DNA of 64,000 nucleotides from a virus (lineage: Duplodnaviria > Caudoviricetes). The notes below the pieces were generated by a model. That model was not told where the DNA came from. It saw nothing but the letters and a program-made list of their open reading frames with translations, and did not search any database. Below, piece by piece: positions 18,866 through 29,550 of the stretch (position 1 is its first letter; each line of letters begins with the position of its first letter). The stretch is taken from the IMG/VR virus record IMGVR_UViG_3300031555_001469; one strand, written 5' to 3'. The translations under genes were made by a program, and so were the position numbers.

Positions 18866-19231
18866 TTATGCTGCTGAATATAATTCATACAGCGAGTGTT
18901 TAGCTAAATCAAAATCAATAGTCAATAACTTTTTAATTTTATTAACTATCAATCTTAATTCCTCAATAGAATCATGGAATATTTTATCATCTCCCATGAT
19001 TGCTGACATTGTCAGCATAAGATATATTCTATGCAACGGACTATCCTTTTCAATAAAGATATTGCAATTCTCCATTGCACTGATAGAACCAAAACTTTTG
19101 AAGTAATCTTTCTGAGATTCTTCATTAGTTACAATCAGTTCTAACGAATCGACAATTTCTGTGATTACCTTATCCTCACGACCATAATGTAACATGTCGA
19201 TGAGTTCCTTTAATAAACCATTTTTCTTCAT
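18866..19231 (-). CDS. Hypothetical early protein, paralog of 18479-18847
   Basis: Same shared pattern; early promoter at 19281. Confidence 0.8.
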   Translation of the reverse strand: MKKNGLLKELIDMLHYGREDKVITEIVDSLELIVTNEESQKDYFKSFGSISAMENCNIFIEKDSPLHRIYLMLTMSAIMGDDKIFHDSIEELRLIVNKIKKLLTIDFDLAKHSLYELYSAA

Positions 19232-19381
19232 ATGTATAATACCTCCAGTATTAAGATAATTTATTCAAGTTTCTACAATTATAATATACAAATAATTATC
19301 TTAAGTTTTACAACCTATAAGAGGTATATATTCCTGGAACATTTAGATAAAGTTTAATTAAACGAAAAGGAGGTTATTCTA

Positions 19382-20782
19382 ATGGCAGTTTTAGACCCTA
19401 ATAAGCTGGGTAGAGTACCCGTAGTCCCATTGCCGTATTCTAGAAAAGAATTAGCACAGGGAAAAGAATTAATTATAGACTATCCTCATGGTAATATTTA
19501 TATTGCTGACGAAAATGATCCTTCTATACTTTATAATATTACTGAAGATATTATTAAGCAAGTAGGTGAAATGGATGCATCTACTATGGATATCACCATT
19601 ACATTAGAAAATGGTGATTCGTACCAGTTAAACTTAGCTGAGTTACTTGGTACGATTTATAATAAGATGATTACGACCAATACAGATGCCAGCGAAATAG
19701 CAGCTGTAGGACAGAATTTATCTGAATTAATTCCTGCATTAGCTGTAGATAATGAAGGTAAGAAGTTCGCTTTCGTAACTACAACTGATCAGGTATATTC
19801 TCCTAATGGAGAAACTGTTACCCAAAGATTAAAAGCAATTTGTAGATTAGGTATGGTAAATGCTTTTGTAGAAGCTACCGAAGATAATCAGATGAGCTTT
19901 CAAATTCCATACCCATTCGAAGAATTTGAAGAAGAAGGTAACTATTTTGAAGTATGTATCGGTTCTGTTATCGTAACACCTGATAGATACTCTGTAGAAA
20001 ATGGTATATTAACTTTTGCATTAGAAGAAGATGCTGTTAAAAAGGGAAGGTCTGTTATGTTTAGATTCTGGTTTAATTCATCTACTCCTGATGCAAATGC
20101 TTTGTTAGTGATGGATGGAAGATATATAGCAGATAGATCTATTCCGACTTATAAGCTTCAGAATTTATCTAATGCTATAAACAATCCTAATCCGTATGGT
20201 ATAGCAACATCCCTTGCAGTAAAATCGCTCTATGATGTACTTTCCAGTAGAATGAATAAGGTTGCTGGAGATATAGCATCATTTGTAACTTCTACTGGTA
20301 CAGGAGATGCTTTAGTTGCTGAAATACCATATTTCTCTTTAAAAGATCAGCATGTAATTTATTTAAGATTACATGAAGCTGTACTTAATAATGCTACTCT
20401 TTCTGTTAATGGAAGTGAAGCATATCCTATTTATGTAAATGAAAATCCTATTACCGAAGGAGCTGCTGCTGGCACTATATTGTCTCTCTGCTTTAATGAA
20501 GTTTTAGGAAGATTTCAACTATTCAGCGATACTTCTAAATATAGAGTAGCATCCTATAATAGTAGTTATCATGCTGCTGCTGGTGAGTATATTATTAACT
20601 TTGAAATTCCTGAATTTAATCCATCTTTAGATAAACTTTCTGTTTATCAAAATAATATGAGATTATTCCAAGGAGTGAATTATAATTTAGGAGCTGATCA
20701 TATTGAGCTCATAGATTACGTAACTGACAATAATGACTTTTTCTATTTTGAAGTAGATAGAGTTGTTCCGATTACTTTATAA
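19382..20782 (+). CDS. Tail fibre/baseplate-associated protein
   Basis: Tail-fibre repeat LSNAINN...ATSLAVKSLYD; late promoter at 19338. Confidence 0.7.
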   Translation: MAVLDPNKLGRVPVVPLPYSRKELAQGKELIIDYPHGNIYIADENDPSILYNITEDIIKQVGEMDASTMDITITLENGDSYQLNLAELLGTIYNKMITTNTDASEIAAVGQNLSELIPALAVDNEGKKFAFVTTTDQVYSPNGETVTQRLKAICRLGMVNAFVEATEDNQMSFQIPYPFEEFEEEGNYFEVCIGSVIVTPDRYSVENGILTFALEEDAVKKGRSVMFRFWFNSSTPDANALLVMDGRYIADRSIPTYKLQNLSNAINNPNPYGIATSLAVKSLYDVLSSRMNKVAGDIASFVTSTGTGDALVAEIPYFSLKDQHVIYLRLHEAVLNNATLSVNGSEAYPIYVNENPITEGAAAGTILSLCFNEVLGRFQLFSDTSKYRVASYNSSYHAAAGEYIINFEIPEFNPSLDKLSVYQNNMRLFQGVNYNLGADHIELIDYVTDNNDFFYFEVDRVVPITL

Positions 20783-20798
20783 TAGGAGGTGAAGTTTT

Positions 20799-21701
20799 AT
20801 GTCTATTAATAACAATGACAAGATTACTTCCCGAGAGTTATCTGATGAAGTATTAAATAAGATAGATTACTTAGGTACTACTAAGACATCTAAAGAATAT
20901 TATGTAAGCGAGCCTGTTGGCACTTGGGAAAAAGGTCAGGTTATTCCAGCAGGTACTTTAGTTAGTGATATCTTTGAAGGTATATTTGATTCTTCTTATA
21001 CACCTTTATATGTAAGCCCAGAGCTTAGATTTGATATAACTACTAGTTACGAAATAGGTTCTACGATTTCTCCAGTCATCATACCTACATTTGTACAGAA
21101 TGATGGTGGTGAGGTTACTTCTTATAAATTATTCAGAGAAGTTGATGGAGTTGAAACTCAGGTAGTCGACTCATTAACTATCAATGGATATATTGAAAAA
21201 GGTATTACTACTGATACTATAGGAACGCTTGTTAAATATAGAGCAGTAGTTAGTTATAACGAAGGGTATTATAAGTACGATGAAAATAATCAGCCTATTG
21301 ATGGTAATATATTAGCAGGTGAAATGGAAACTGTTGCTGAAATTATTTGCTATCGAGCAGCATTCTATGAAGCAAGTTTAACCTCTTCTGATCCAGTTAC
21401 TACATCTGGTGAGATAAGATCATTGGAAAATAAGTTACCTAATAATATTGCAGTTGGTGATAGAATTAACCTTGTTTGTCCAGCTGGAACCACAAGAGTA
21501 ACTTTTGCATTCCCAAGTTCTATTGGTTCTGCAAAGATTTTATCTGACGTATTAGGATATGATATTACAGGTGCATTTGTATTAAGTAATGTAACTGTGC
21601 AAGGTGCAAACGCTAATGGTAATACGGATTATAATGTATACACATATATTCCTGCAGTACCTTTCCCTACTGAAGATACTTATATCTTACTGATCAAATA
21701 A
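20799..21701 (+). CDS. Beta-rich tail-associated structural protein
   Basis: T/S/V-rich; co-transcribed with the tail fibre gene. Confidence 0.6.
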   Translation: MSINNNDKITSRELSDEVLNKIDYLGTTKTSKEYYVSEPVGTWEKGQVIPAGTLVSDIFEGIFDSSYTPLYVSPELRFDITTSYEIGSTISPVIIPTFVQNDGGEVTSYKLFREVDGVETQVVDSLTINGYIEKGITTDTIGTLVKYRAVVSYNEGYYKYDENNQPIDGNILAGEMETVAEIICYRAAFYEASLTSSDPVTTSGEIRSLENKLPNNIAVGDRINLVCPAGTTRVTFAFPSSIGSAKILSDVLGYDITGAFVLSNVTVQGANANGNTDYNVYTYIPAVPFPTEDTYILLIK

Positions 21702-21703
21702 AA

Positions 21704-21736
21704 TTACGGAGTACACTGTTCTAGTGTACTCCGTAA
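21704..21736. terminator. Terminator between convergent genes
   Basis: TTACGGAGTACACT/AGTGTACTCCGTAA 14-bp stem. Confidence 0.85.
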
Positions 21737-21741
21737 AATTT

Positions 21742-23664
21742 TTATAAAGTTGTATTATAAGCCCAACCTGAAATACAGTTCCAAACTTCTGTAATCTTTG
21801 CAATATCATTTGATACCATAGGGTTAATATATAACCATAATGGTAAAACTGTGGTATTGTAAGAAGTATCTATACTGTCAATAAGAGCTATTACTTTCTC
21901 TACAAATATACAATCCTGTCTATTTGCTTCGATTTGTGTATTAGAATTTCTAGGTCCATGTGATACCATTGGAGCGAGCCCAATATTAAGATTCGGATAC
22001 GTATCATGAATGATAGTATACATAATCTTAACTGCTTCAACTGCAGTACTTATTTTATTATAGTCGGCATTAATTATAAGATGAGTAAGAGGATCACTAT
22101 CATTAATTCCTATAGATAACAGATAGTATCTGATATCAAAGATATAAAAGTCTCCACTCTTATCACTAGATAATGCATAACTTAATTCATTCTTTGCACC
22201 TGTTTTTCTGTAACACCAAGCTGGATATTTCTCTTTATCTAAAGAACCAGCAATTCTCATAAATGGACTATGTCCTTTTGTGGTATCTATGCCTACCAAA
22301 GCTTCATAACTTTCTGTAATCTGCTTAGCAAACACTATACTACCTGGCAGAGATAAGTTATCTCTATATACATCTTCATGTGCAATGATACCAAACTTGT
22401 AGTCTTTATTAACTTCTTCAGAAGTATATTTAAACACTTCAACAGTTTTACTATCATTACCAGAATATATTGTATTTAAACCTTCATTGAAAGTAGCACC
22501 CAAACTTGGGTAAGATATATTACCATTAGAATCTATTATTGTAATAGTATTGGTGGTCAATCCTGCTATTGTCATAGAAGTCTTTAAAATAGGATTATTG
22601 TTAACTATATACAATTTATCCGTTAATAATAATTTAGTATTTGGGTTTAAGATATTCTCATCTACAATTGCTGCTAATTTATTAATACGACCTTCCAACG
22701 GCATTAACTTATTATCAGTATTAGACTTTGTTTTAAATCCATCTACTAATGTATATGTGAACGTATCAAGTATCACACAATTTTCTGGTAAGAAATTAGG
22801 ATTATTGATAACACTTACCTCAAATATATTTTGATTAAATATTATCATAAAATAGCCCACTTCTTTTTTATCTAACTCAAAGCTTCCCTCTGGAACAGAA
22901 TGTACTTCACCTGTAGTTTTATTAACACAATAAAACTTATCCCATTCTATACTATGAGTAGTCTTATCATAATTATACCCCCATAACGCTACATCGTAAT
23001 CTGGAGTAGTAGTCTTAGCTTCTACACATATTAATGTAGGGTATGGATTATACGATAATATATCATTGGTCTTATCATAAGTAGCTATTAAAATCGAATT
23101 CTCTTCATTCAAATTATTAATAGTAAATCTATGAGTAGACGGGTTGTAGTATAAACTAATTATACCATTAATGTTTTTTAAATCAATATCCGGATGTCTT
23201 GTAATAGGATATGATTTATTATTAAATAAAATTGTCATATCACCTGGGAAGACAATTTTATTATTTGTATTAGATATTACGATAGAGCTTGGAGCAGAAA
23301 TACTTAACTTGGATGGTTCACAAGAACAGTTGCTAACCCAAGAACTGTTTTCTAATTTTCCGTTTGCTATAATCAGATATCCAATAGCCATTGTATCATC
23401 AGGTATACTATCATCCAACACACCAGAAAATAACTTGGTGTATGAATTATAAGTAAGAGTTACAATACAATTATCAGTATAAGTTATAAAAGACGTAGAG
23501 TCTTCCTCGATAAAATATTTATCAAATCCGACACAAATATATGAGTCTTTATAAACTGTCAGTGCAATCGTCTTAGTTTCTGAATCTAATTCGATTTTGG
23601 GAGTTTTAGCAGATATAATTACCCCATTTAAGAGGTGTCTAATCGCTGTATCAATATTACTCAT
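21742..23664 (-). CDS. Tail-associated protein with a possible degenerate SGNH-like C-terminal domain
   Basis: Late promoter at 23690; location in the tail cluster; alpha/beta C-terminus. Confidence 0.55.
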   Translation of the reverse strand: MSNIDTAIRHLLNGVIISAKTPKIELDSETKTIALTVYKDSYICVGFDKYFIEEDSTSFITYTDNCIVTLTYNSYTKLFSGVLDDSIPDDTMAIGYLIIANGKLENSSWVSNCSCEPSKLSISAPSSIVISNTNNKIVFPGDMTILFNNKSYPITRHPDIDLKNINGIISLYYNPSTHRFTINNLNEENSILIATYDKTNDILSYNPYPTLICVEAKTTTPDYDVALWGYNYDKTTHSIEWDKFYCVNKTTGEVHSVPEGSFELDKKEVGYFMIIFNQNIFEVSVINNPNFLPENCVILDTFTYTLVDGFKTKSNTDNKLMPLEGRINKLAAIVDENILNPNTKLLLTDKLYIVNNNPILKTSMTIAGLTTNTITIIDSNGNISYPSLGATFNEGLNTIYSGNDSKTVEVFKYTSEEVNKDYKFGIIAHEDVYRDNLSLPGSIVFAKQITESYEALVGIDTTKGHSPFMRIAGSLDKEKYPAWCYRKTGAKNELSYALSSDKSGDFYIFDIRYYLLSIGINDSDPLTHLIINADYNKISTAVEAVKIMYTIIHDTYPNLNIGLAPMVSHGPRNSNTQIEANRQDCIFVEKVIALIDSIDTSYNTTVLPLWLYINPMVSNDIAKITEVWNCISGWAYNTTL

Positions 23665-23749
23665 ATTTAAACCTCCATTCTATTTTACATTACCTAAATG
23701 TTTTCGATAAATAAAGAGGAAGGTGAGCAAATTCACCTTCCTCCTATGC

Positions 23750-24199
23750 TTATTTAATATATGATACAGATGTATTGACAAAAATATTTTCACTATAAGT
23801 GCTATCAATTAATACAACTCCATCACTTCTTATAATCATATCCGCAAGTTCTAACGTACCTGCTCTTGTAATAGCTACAGTATACAACATTGCTTTCGAT
23901 GGGATATAATTCTTAGGTAAAGTAAACAAAGGCTCATTACTGTTAGCTACTGTCATATTTATATTTAAAGTAACTACACCATCAACCATTACAACCTTAC
24001 CACATTCTGATCCATTTACCATAATATCTTCAGAAGAATGCTTAATCTTATCTGAAGATATAGATGATATTGTTTTAATTAAATCTGCCATTTGTTTAAC
24101 AAGTTTGTTTAAAGTCTTCTTATCTTTAGATGACATTAAACCATCTCTTGTTTCACTGGCAAGTTCTACCTTTTTAGGTAATGCATTTCCTATACCCAT
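23750..24199 (-). CDS. Short tail-fibre/receptor-binding protein
   Basis: N-terminal DGLMSSKDK motif; C-terminal LFTLP..YIP beta-sandwich; start moved to 24199 behind AGGAGG. Confidence 0.7.
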   Translation of the reverse strand: MGIGNALPKKVELASETRDGLMSSKDKKTLNKLVKQMADLIKTISSISSDKIKHSSEDIMVNGSECGKVVMVDGVVTLNINMTVANSNEPLFTLPKNYIPSKAMLYTVAITRAGTLELADMIIRSDGVVLIDSTYSENIFVNTSVSYIK

Positions 24200-24210
24200 T
24201 TCTAAACCTC

Positions 24211-26358
24211 CTATAACATTGTAGGCATATCTACCCAAGATGTACCATCCCAGATATAATATTCACCCGTTGTTGTGTTATAATAAAACATACCAGCTTT
24301 GTCTGCAGATGTAGGCATATCTGCTATAGTACCATGCACTTTGAATTCTGTATTTTCTGGATAATCGTATAATCCTCCTGTATAATACAAAGCGCCATTA
24401 TAAGCATGTAAGTAGCAGTTTGATTTTACATCAAATACAGTATAATCACAAATCTCTGGAATATCTGATAATAATTCATCAATTGTACCAATAGCAAGTC
24501 TCTCATGGATGCTAGTTCCAACTGAATAATATATTAATTTTCCTTCAGATTTAATTACATTTCCAGTACTAATCAAACTAGTCCAGCATTGATGAGATAC
24601 ATTTTCCTGTAACTTATCTAAATTTCTGTACAAGTTTAATGGATAATTTATACCCTTAAGACCATTGAAGAATGGTAATAATAAGCTATTTAATTCTGTA
24701 GTAGTCATTACTCCATTTTCTAATCTTATAATATAATTCTTTCCATTGAATCTATCCTTCATAATAATACCATTTGGAATATTATCGACAGATGCCATAA
24801 TAGTTCTACTTGGATCTGTAGATGTAGGATTCTGCTCAATAGCGTAGCCAAGAGCTACATCTAATGTTTGACCGACCACCTTATCATTAGAATATAAGAT
24901 ATCTTCAGCATTAGATAATTCAGTATTACTGAAACTATTTCCCCATGTCACTACAATATTAGAACCGAATATTACATTGATCGGGATCTCTAATGTAGGA
25001 CATTCTTTAGCAGTAATTACTATAGTATTTTCTTCTATGCTATATACCGATAACTCGATATTCATAGCTTCAATCTCAGCGTCCTTTGGAATATTATTTG
25101 CTAAACCGATACAACCGTTAGCATTAGTATCCAAATCAGTTAACTCACCTAAGATGTAGACATATGCATCTAATGTACCATTATATACCCACTTATCAGG
25201 ATATAATGTAAATGAAGCATACTGCGCTACAGCAGTTCTATCAGCAAATCCCTGAGCACTCTGTATTACATTTATATTGGCACCGTATGTGATTCCTATC
25301 TTGATATCATACATAGGGATAGTTCCATTACAGATAAATGTAATTTCACCATCTCCTTGAACGATAGTAATCTCGGCAGCCATTAATGCTTCTATTTCCT
25401 CGTCAGTTAAAGTAGATGGTATAAATACAGAACCGTTTACTGTTTCGGTCATACCCTCTAATAAAAACGTCTGACTATATTTTGTTGTAGATATTCCAGA
25501 GTTTAATACCCATCCAGCATTAGCTAAAGTTATTTCTCTAGAATAAGTTTTTGAACTTATTACTGTATTATTAGGTACTACAACTACATTGGTACCAAAA
25601 GCTACAGTCATATCGAAGTCTACAGTCGGAATGATTCCATTCGCCTTCAGGATAATATATCCGTTACCCTGTTCGATTACATCTATATCTCCTTCTAATA
25701 CAGATTCTATCTGTTCATCTGCTAATTCAGAAGCAATAGAGACTACTGCCTGATCGCCACTTAATAAGTCAGGAACAATAGCTCTATAAGTGTTATTTTC
25801 CTGATTCCATGCATATGCATGAATTGTGATGGTTCTAAGTTTTGTATCTACAGTACCAGAGTTAGGTAACTCTACTGCATTAATAACACCACCTACTACA
25901 AGTCTAAGTGTAATATCTACTTCAGGTCTATCTTCATCACAATAAAATACTACATAACCATCACCCTGTTCGATATTAGTAATTCTAGCATTGATAACTG
26001 CATCATACTGCTCTTGTGTACTTTCAGAGCCCATAGATACTACTACGTTATCTGTTTCATATAAATCATGAACCTCAACCCTATAACTATAAGGTTTCTC
26101 TTCACTCCATTTATCAGCTTCAAGAGTCACATCAATATCTGCTCTTGTTACAGCCATATGACTTAGAGTTTTATCATCGTTAATTACATAGACATCTCGT
26201 CTATAGTCTGTTGTTTTAACAGCAATTACGTGACCAGGGTATCCGATAGGACTTTTAGCATATTCTGCAGCTAACTCATACGATTCGAATACATCCTTTT
26301 CATCTAATGGGCCACTATACATTCTAGAAAATTGTAAGGGCATACCAACATTTGCCAT
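24211..26358 (-). CDS. Tail fibre protein with four tandem ~105-aa beta-modules
   Basis: Repeats starting VTLEADKW, ITIHAYAW, ITLANAGW, FTLYPDKW; C-terminal YYIWDGTSW; late promoter at 26392. Confidence 0.75.
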   Translation of the reverse strand: MANVGMPLQFSRMYSGPLDEKDVFESYELAAEYAKSPIGYPGHVIAVKTTDYRRDVYVINDDKTLSHMAVTRADIDVTLEADKWSEEKPYSYRVEVHDLYETDNVVVSMGSESTQEQYDAVINARITNIEQGDGYVVFYCDEDRPEVDITLRLVVGGVINAVELPNSGTVDTKLRTITIHAYAWNQENNTYRAIVPDLLSGDQAVVSIASELADEQIESVLEGDIDVIEQGNGYIILKANGIIPTVDFDMTVAFGTNVVVVPNNTVISSKTYSREITLANAGWVLNSGISTTKYSQTFLLEGMTETVNGSVFIPSTLTDEEIEALMAAEITIVQGDGEITFICNGTIPMYDIKIGITYGANINVIQSAQGFADRTAVAQYASFTLYPDKWVYNGTLDAYVYILGELTDLDTNANGCIGLANNIPKDAEIEAMNIELSVYSIEENTIVITAKECPTLEIPINVIFGSNIVVTWGNSFSNTELSNAEDILYSNDKVVGQTLDVALGYAIEQNPTSTDPSRTIMASVDNIPNGIIMKDRFNGKNYIIRLENGVMTTTELNSLLLPFFNGLKGINYPLNLYRNLDKLQENVSHQCWTSLISTGNVIKSEGKLIYYSVGTSIHERLAIGTIDELLSDIPEICDYTVFDVKSNCYLHAYNGALYYTGGLYDYPENTEFKVHGTIADMPTSADKAGMFYYNTTTGEYYIWDGTSWVDMPTML

Positions 26359-26455
26359 AATTAATTACCTCCTTTTAATAATTATGATAATTTACTCTAA
26401 TGTTCCAGTTGAACGTAATAACAGGGATTAGTGAACCCACTAATCCCTGCTAATA

Positions 26456-26881
26456 TTAGAATATCTTATATCTAGGTTTTTCTTCTTTAAACAACCAATA
26501 TCTTAACCAGTCGTCTAGCATTATTGCACCGATACCAACAAATACCCATAAGAATGCAAATAATAAACAAACCTGACCTAAAATATTTAATGGTAAATTA
26601 GAATAATCCCATACATTCCATCCTAATTTTATATTTATTATATATCCAGCAATAAACTCTAATATGGTTATCCCAATACTAGCGATAATTCCTTGCAGAT
26701 ATAACGGGGTATCCCAAGATAATACTTCATTGATAAGGCCACAGAATATGAATGCGACCCCACCAAGTAAAGTCATAGTCCAATGAGAGTATCCCCTGAA
26801 CAATATTTCTACCAAATTATAAGCAAGTCCTCCTAATGTAAATAGAACGACAAACTCATAAAATCTTAATTCCTTTTTCAT
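26456..26881 (-). CDS. CmpB/TMEM229-like (putative ABC transporter type IV) membrane protein
   Basis: EILFRGYSHWTM, WDYSNLPLNILGQVCL; four TM segments. Confidence 0.8.
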   Translation of the reverse strand: MKKELRFYEFVVLFTLGGLAYNLVEILFRGYSHWTMTLLGGVAFIFCGLINEVLSWDTPLYLQGIIASIGITILEFIAGYIINIKLGWNVWDYSNLPLNILGQVCLLFAFLWVFVGIGAIMLDDWLRYWLFKEEKPRYKIF

Positions 26882-27525
26882 GTCGCATACCTCGGATCTA
26901 CAGATCTGAAGTCTACTTCAATTGCTTCTACCTCTGAATAGCTAGTGCAATTATGGATCTGTTTTTCGATACCTTGCTGATATGCAATAAGAGGGTTAAC
27001 GATATTCTTAATCTGAATTGCTAATGTACATAACTGCTCTTCGGAGATTTCTTTACATACTTCACCTGTAGAGTTCCAAGTCAGAGTTGCAGTTCCCATT
27101 AACTGCTTTTCTACAGTATACGTAGCATATGCAGTAGTCATAAGGTTCTGCTTGTCTTTTGTAATAGCAAATGTTTCTACCTCACCTCTGATATTGATGA
27201 CCAGAGGGTTATTCTTTAAGTAATATTCAAGCAACTGCTTTGTGTATTCAATCTTACTTGCTTTCAAATTGCTTAAATAATATGGCGAATCGATAGATGT
27301 ATCATTCTGAATAGCGTATTCTAACCATGCATCGAAATTATTATTAATAACTTCATATAAGTTAGATCTACTCTTTACTTCGAATGTGTACATATCGCCT
27401 TCATATTCATTAACACCATCGTGTTTAACTGGTGTAAAGTTTACACTTAACTGTACCTCAGTAACAAGGTCGTTCTTTTTATTAAGAACAATCTTTTCTG
27501 GGATAGTAACAGCATGTACTTTCAT
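26878..27525 (-). CDS. Putative tail fibre assembly chaperone (DUF4376-like C-terminus)
   Basis: Follows a fibre gene; C-terminal YQQGIEKQI..C.S..EVEAIEV. Confidence 0.55.
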   Translation of the reverse strand: MKVHAVTIPEKIVLNKKNDLVTEVQLSVNFTPVKHDGVNEYEGDMYTFEVKSRSNLYEVINNNFDAWLEYAIQNDTSIDSPYYLSNLKASKIEYTKQLLEYYLKNNPLVINIRGEVETFAITKDKQNLMTTAYATYTVEKQLMGTATLTWNSTGEVCKEISEEQLCTLAIQIKNIVNPLIAYQQGIEKQIHNCTSYSEVEAIEVDFRSVDPRYAT

Positions 27526-27539
27526 AGTAGTTCTCCTTT

Positions 27540-29447
27540 CTAATAGTTATAAGATAATCTAGTACCAAACTTGGTATCAGCTGTCTTAAGCTCAGCTGTA
27601 TTCAATGCATATAAACCTACAGAAGTAATTCCATCAGTTAATGCACCTCCAACAGCAACCTGTCGCTCATTAACTCCATTATTTGTAATGAAGTTATCTG
27701 TATAGAAAGTGGAAGAAGATCCACCCAAAATCTTATTTGCGAATCTGCATGATAACGCTTTTGGGTCATATCCTAATGAAGAAATATATCCAGTTTGAGT
27801 AGGACATCCATATCCTAAATAAATATACTCTCCATCAATATCTTTACTATACTTTATAGTACCATTCTCACATAATACCTGATATAAGATAGTCCACTGA
27901 TTACCCCAAGGGTTTTCAATGTATCTATATCTACATGGATAGATACCTAATGTATTACTTATTAGTGAACCTGTTGGGCCTAATACTGCATTAGTAGCAC
28001 CAGTCATCCAAGGTCCATTGTTAATATAACATCCAGCAGCTATTGTAATAGGATCACCATTAAATGTAATTAATAAATAATCACCAGAATCAGATTGAGC
28101 TCCTGTATTGTCACATCTGGTGATTGCAGAAATTACTCTATCACCTACTACTAATATTCCAGCTTCGGAATAAATAGAGAAAATCTGAGATACTGCAAGT
28201 TTTAAAGATTCAGAAGTTCTCTTAACAATAACATTATTTGTGTTAGATGTTGTTGCTGTAACAGTTACAGTATTTCCTGTACACAAAGCAGCAGCACCTG
28301 TCATTATCTTCTGAGAATTTCTTGTGGCATATTCTACAGTGAATAAGAATCTAATTAATTCATAATCATCTACTGTAAATCCACAATGATTGTCTCCAAT
28401 CGATTTACAAGTATTTAATAACGAAGTATAATTACCAGCTATAGGTGATACACCAGATACTGATCCTTTATCACTTAATCCATAAGCTGCAATATATACT
28501 TTTTCTAAAGAAGTTCCATTAGCTCTAATGAATTTTTCTGGTAATCTATATCCATCGAGTCTTGTTCCAGACACATACATAGATTCAGTATCTCCATCAA
28601 TAACTTCTCTAATATAGAATTTAGGTATTTCTACCCATACGTTACCATTAGAACCATCTAAAGCAAATCCTGGTTCTCCATCATATGCAGTAACTACAAA
28701 CCCTCCGAGCTCAGTGTAATATCCATTACATCTTACAATGTCACTCCATGGATAAATTGAGTCGAAATCATTTGTTCCCCTGGCACTATCTGTAGATGCT
28801 TCAGCAATTAAATCAATTGCATCATCTAATCTTGTGCCTGTGGAACTACTTCCTGTGAATGTAACACCATATCTCTTAATAGCAGCATTAGATACTTTAA
28901 TTCCTAAAGCGTCTAATCTATCTTTTAAGCAAGCATATGCTACATTATTTTCATCAAGTCTGGCATCTACTACTTCTGTAGGAGTGTCAGTATTTGTGTT
29001 TGCTAAGATATTAGCTATTCTGGCATTAACTGATGCTTTGGCTACATCTAATTCTGCACTAACTTCTGCAATTGCTTCATCTATATTATCTCCATCTTTC
29101 ATAGACATAATAAATTTAGCATATAAATTACAGTAAGTTAAATGTAATACACTTCCATCTCCAATAGGAGTGGAGTCACTTGAAATTAAATAGATTCTAA
29201 TCTGAGAATCATCGAGAACTGTTTCGGATCCTAATACAAAAACTGTTTCGTTTGCTGCTAAATTAGTAGCAGAAACCATAGAGTTTATTGTATCAAAAGT
29301 GTGTATTTTTCGTCCGATGGTCTCCATTAAACTATTTTTCTTATTCTCTAAACTGTCTAAAAGGCGTTTATCACTCTTTGACAATAACCCGTCTCTATTT
29401 GGTGTAGCTACAGGTATCTTTTTAGGAAAATTATCATAAATAGGCAT
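27540..29447 (-). CDS. Receptor-binding/tail fibre protein A with C-type-lectin/FGE-like C-terminus
   Basis: EVVDAR, VWVEIPKFY, YRYIENPWGNQW, GG...GTRL C-terminus; paralog of 29551-31455. Confidence 0.8.
   Translation of the reverse strand: MPIYDNFPKKIPVATPNRDGLLSKSDKRLLDSLENKKNSLMETIGRKIHTFDTINSMVSATNLAANETVFVLGSETVLDDSQIRIYLISSDSTPIGDGSVLHLTYCNLYAKFIMSMKDGDNIDEAIAEVSAELDVAKASVNARIANILANTNTDTPTEVVDARLDENNVAYACLKDRLDALGIKVSNAAIKRYGVTFTGSSSTGTRLDDAIDLIAEASTDSARGTNDFDSIYPWSDIVRCNGYYTELGGFVVTAYDGEPGFALDGSNGNVWVEIPKFYIREVIDGDTESMYVSGTRLDGYRLPEKFIRANGTSLEKVYIAAYGLSDKGSVSGVSPIAGNYTSLLNTCKSIGDNHCGFTVDDYELIRFLFTVEYATRNSQKIMTGAAALCTGNTVTVTATTSNTNNVIVKRTSESLKLAVSQIFSIYSEAGILVVGDRVISAITRCDNTGAQSDSGDYLLITFNGDPITIAAGCYINNGPWMTGATNAVLGPTGSLISNTLGIYPCRYRYIENPWGNQWTILYQVLCENGTIKYSKDIDGEYIYLGYGCPTQTGYISSLGYDPKALSCRFANKILGGSSSTFYTDNFITNNGVNERQVAVGGALTDGITSVGLYALNTAELKTADTKFGTRLSYNY
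28603..28700. repeat. Left arm of a 98-nt inverted repeat (96/98 identical to 30298-30395)
   Basis: Direct sequence comparison; two synonymous mismatches. Confidence 0.9.
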
Positions 29448-29550
29448 CTTTTTACTACCTCCTTTTTACATATTAATTCAATGTTCCAGAGTCTACAGTA
29501 TTATACCCCGAACATTTATGTAATTTAAAGTAAGAAGGGAGGCAATTCGA

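Noticed and set aside
26456-26881. Functional ABC transport system
   Set aside because: No ATPase or substrate-binding partner; this membrane family often sits beside tail-fibre genes in Firmicutes phages
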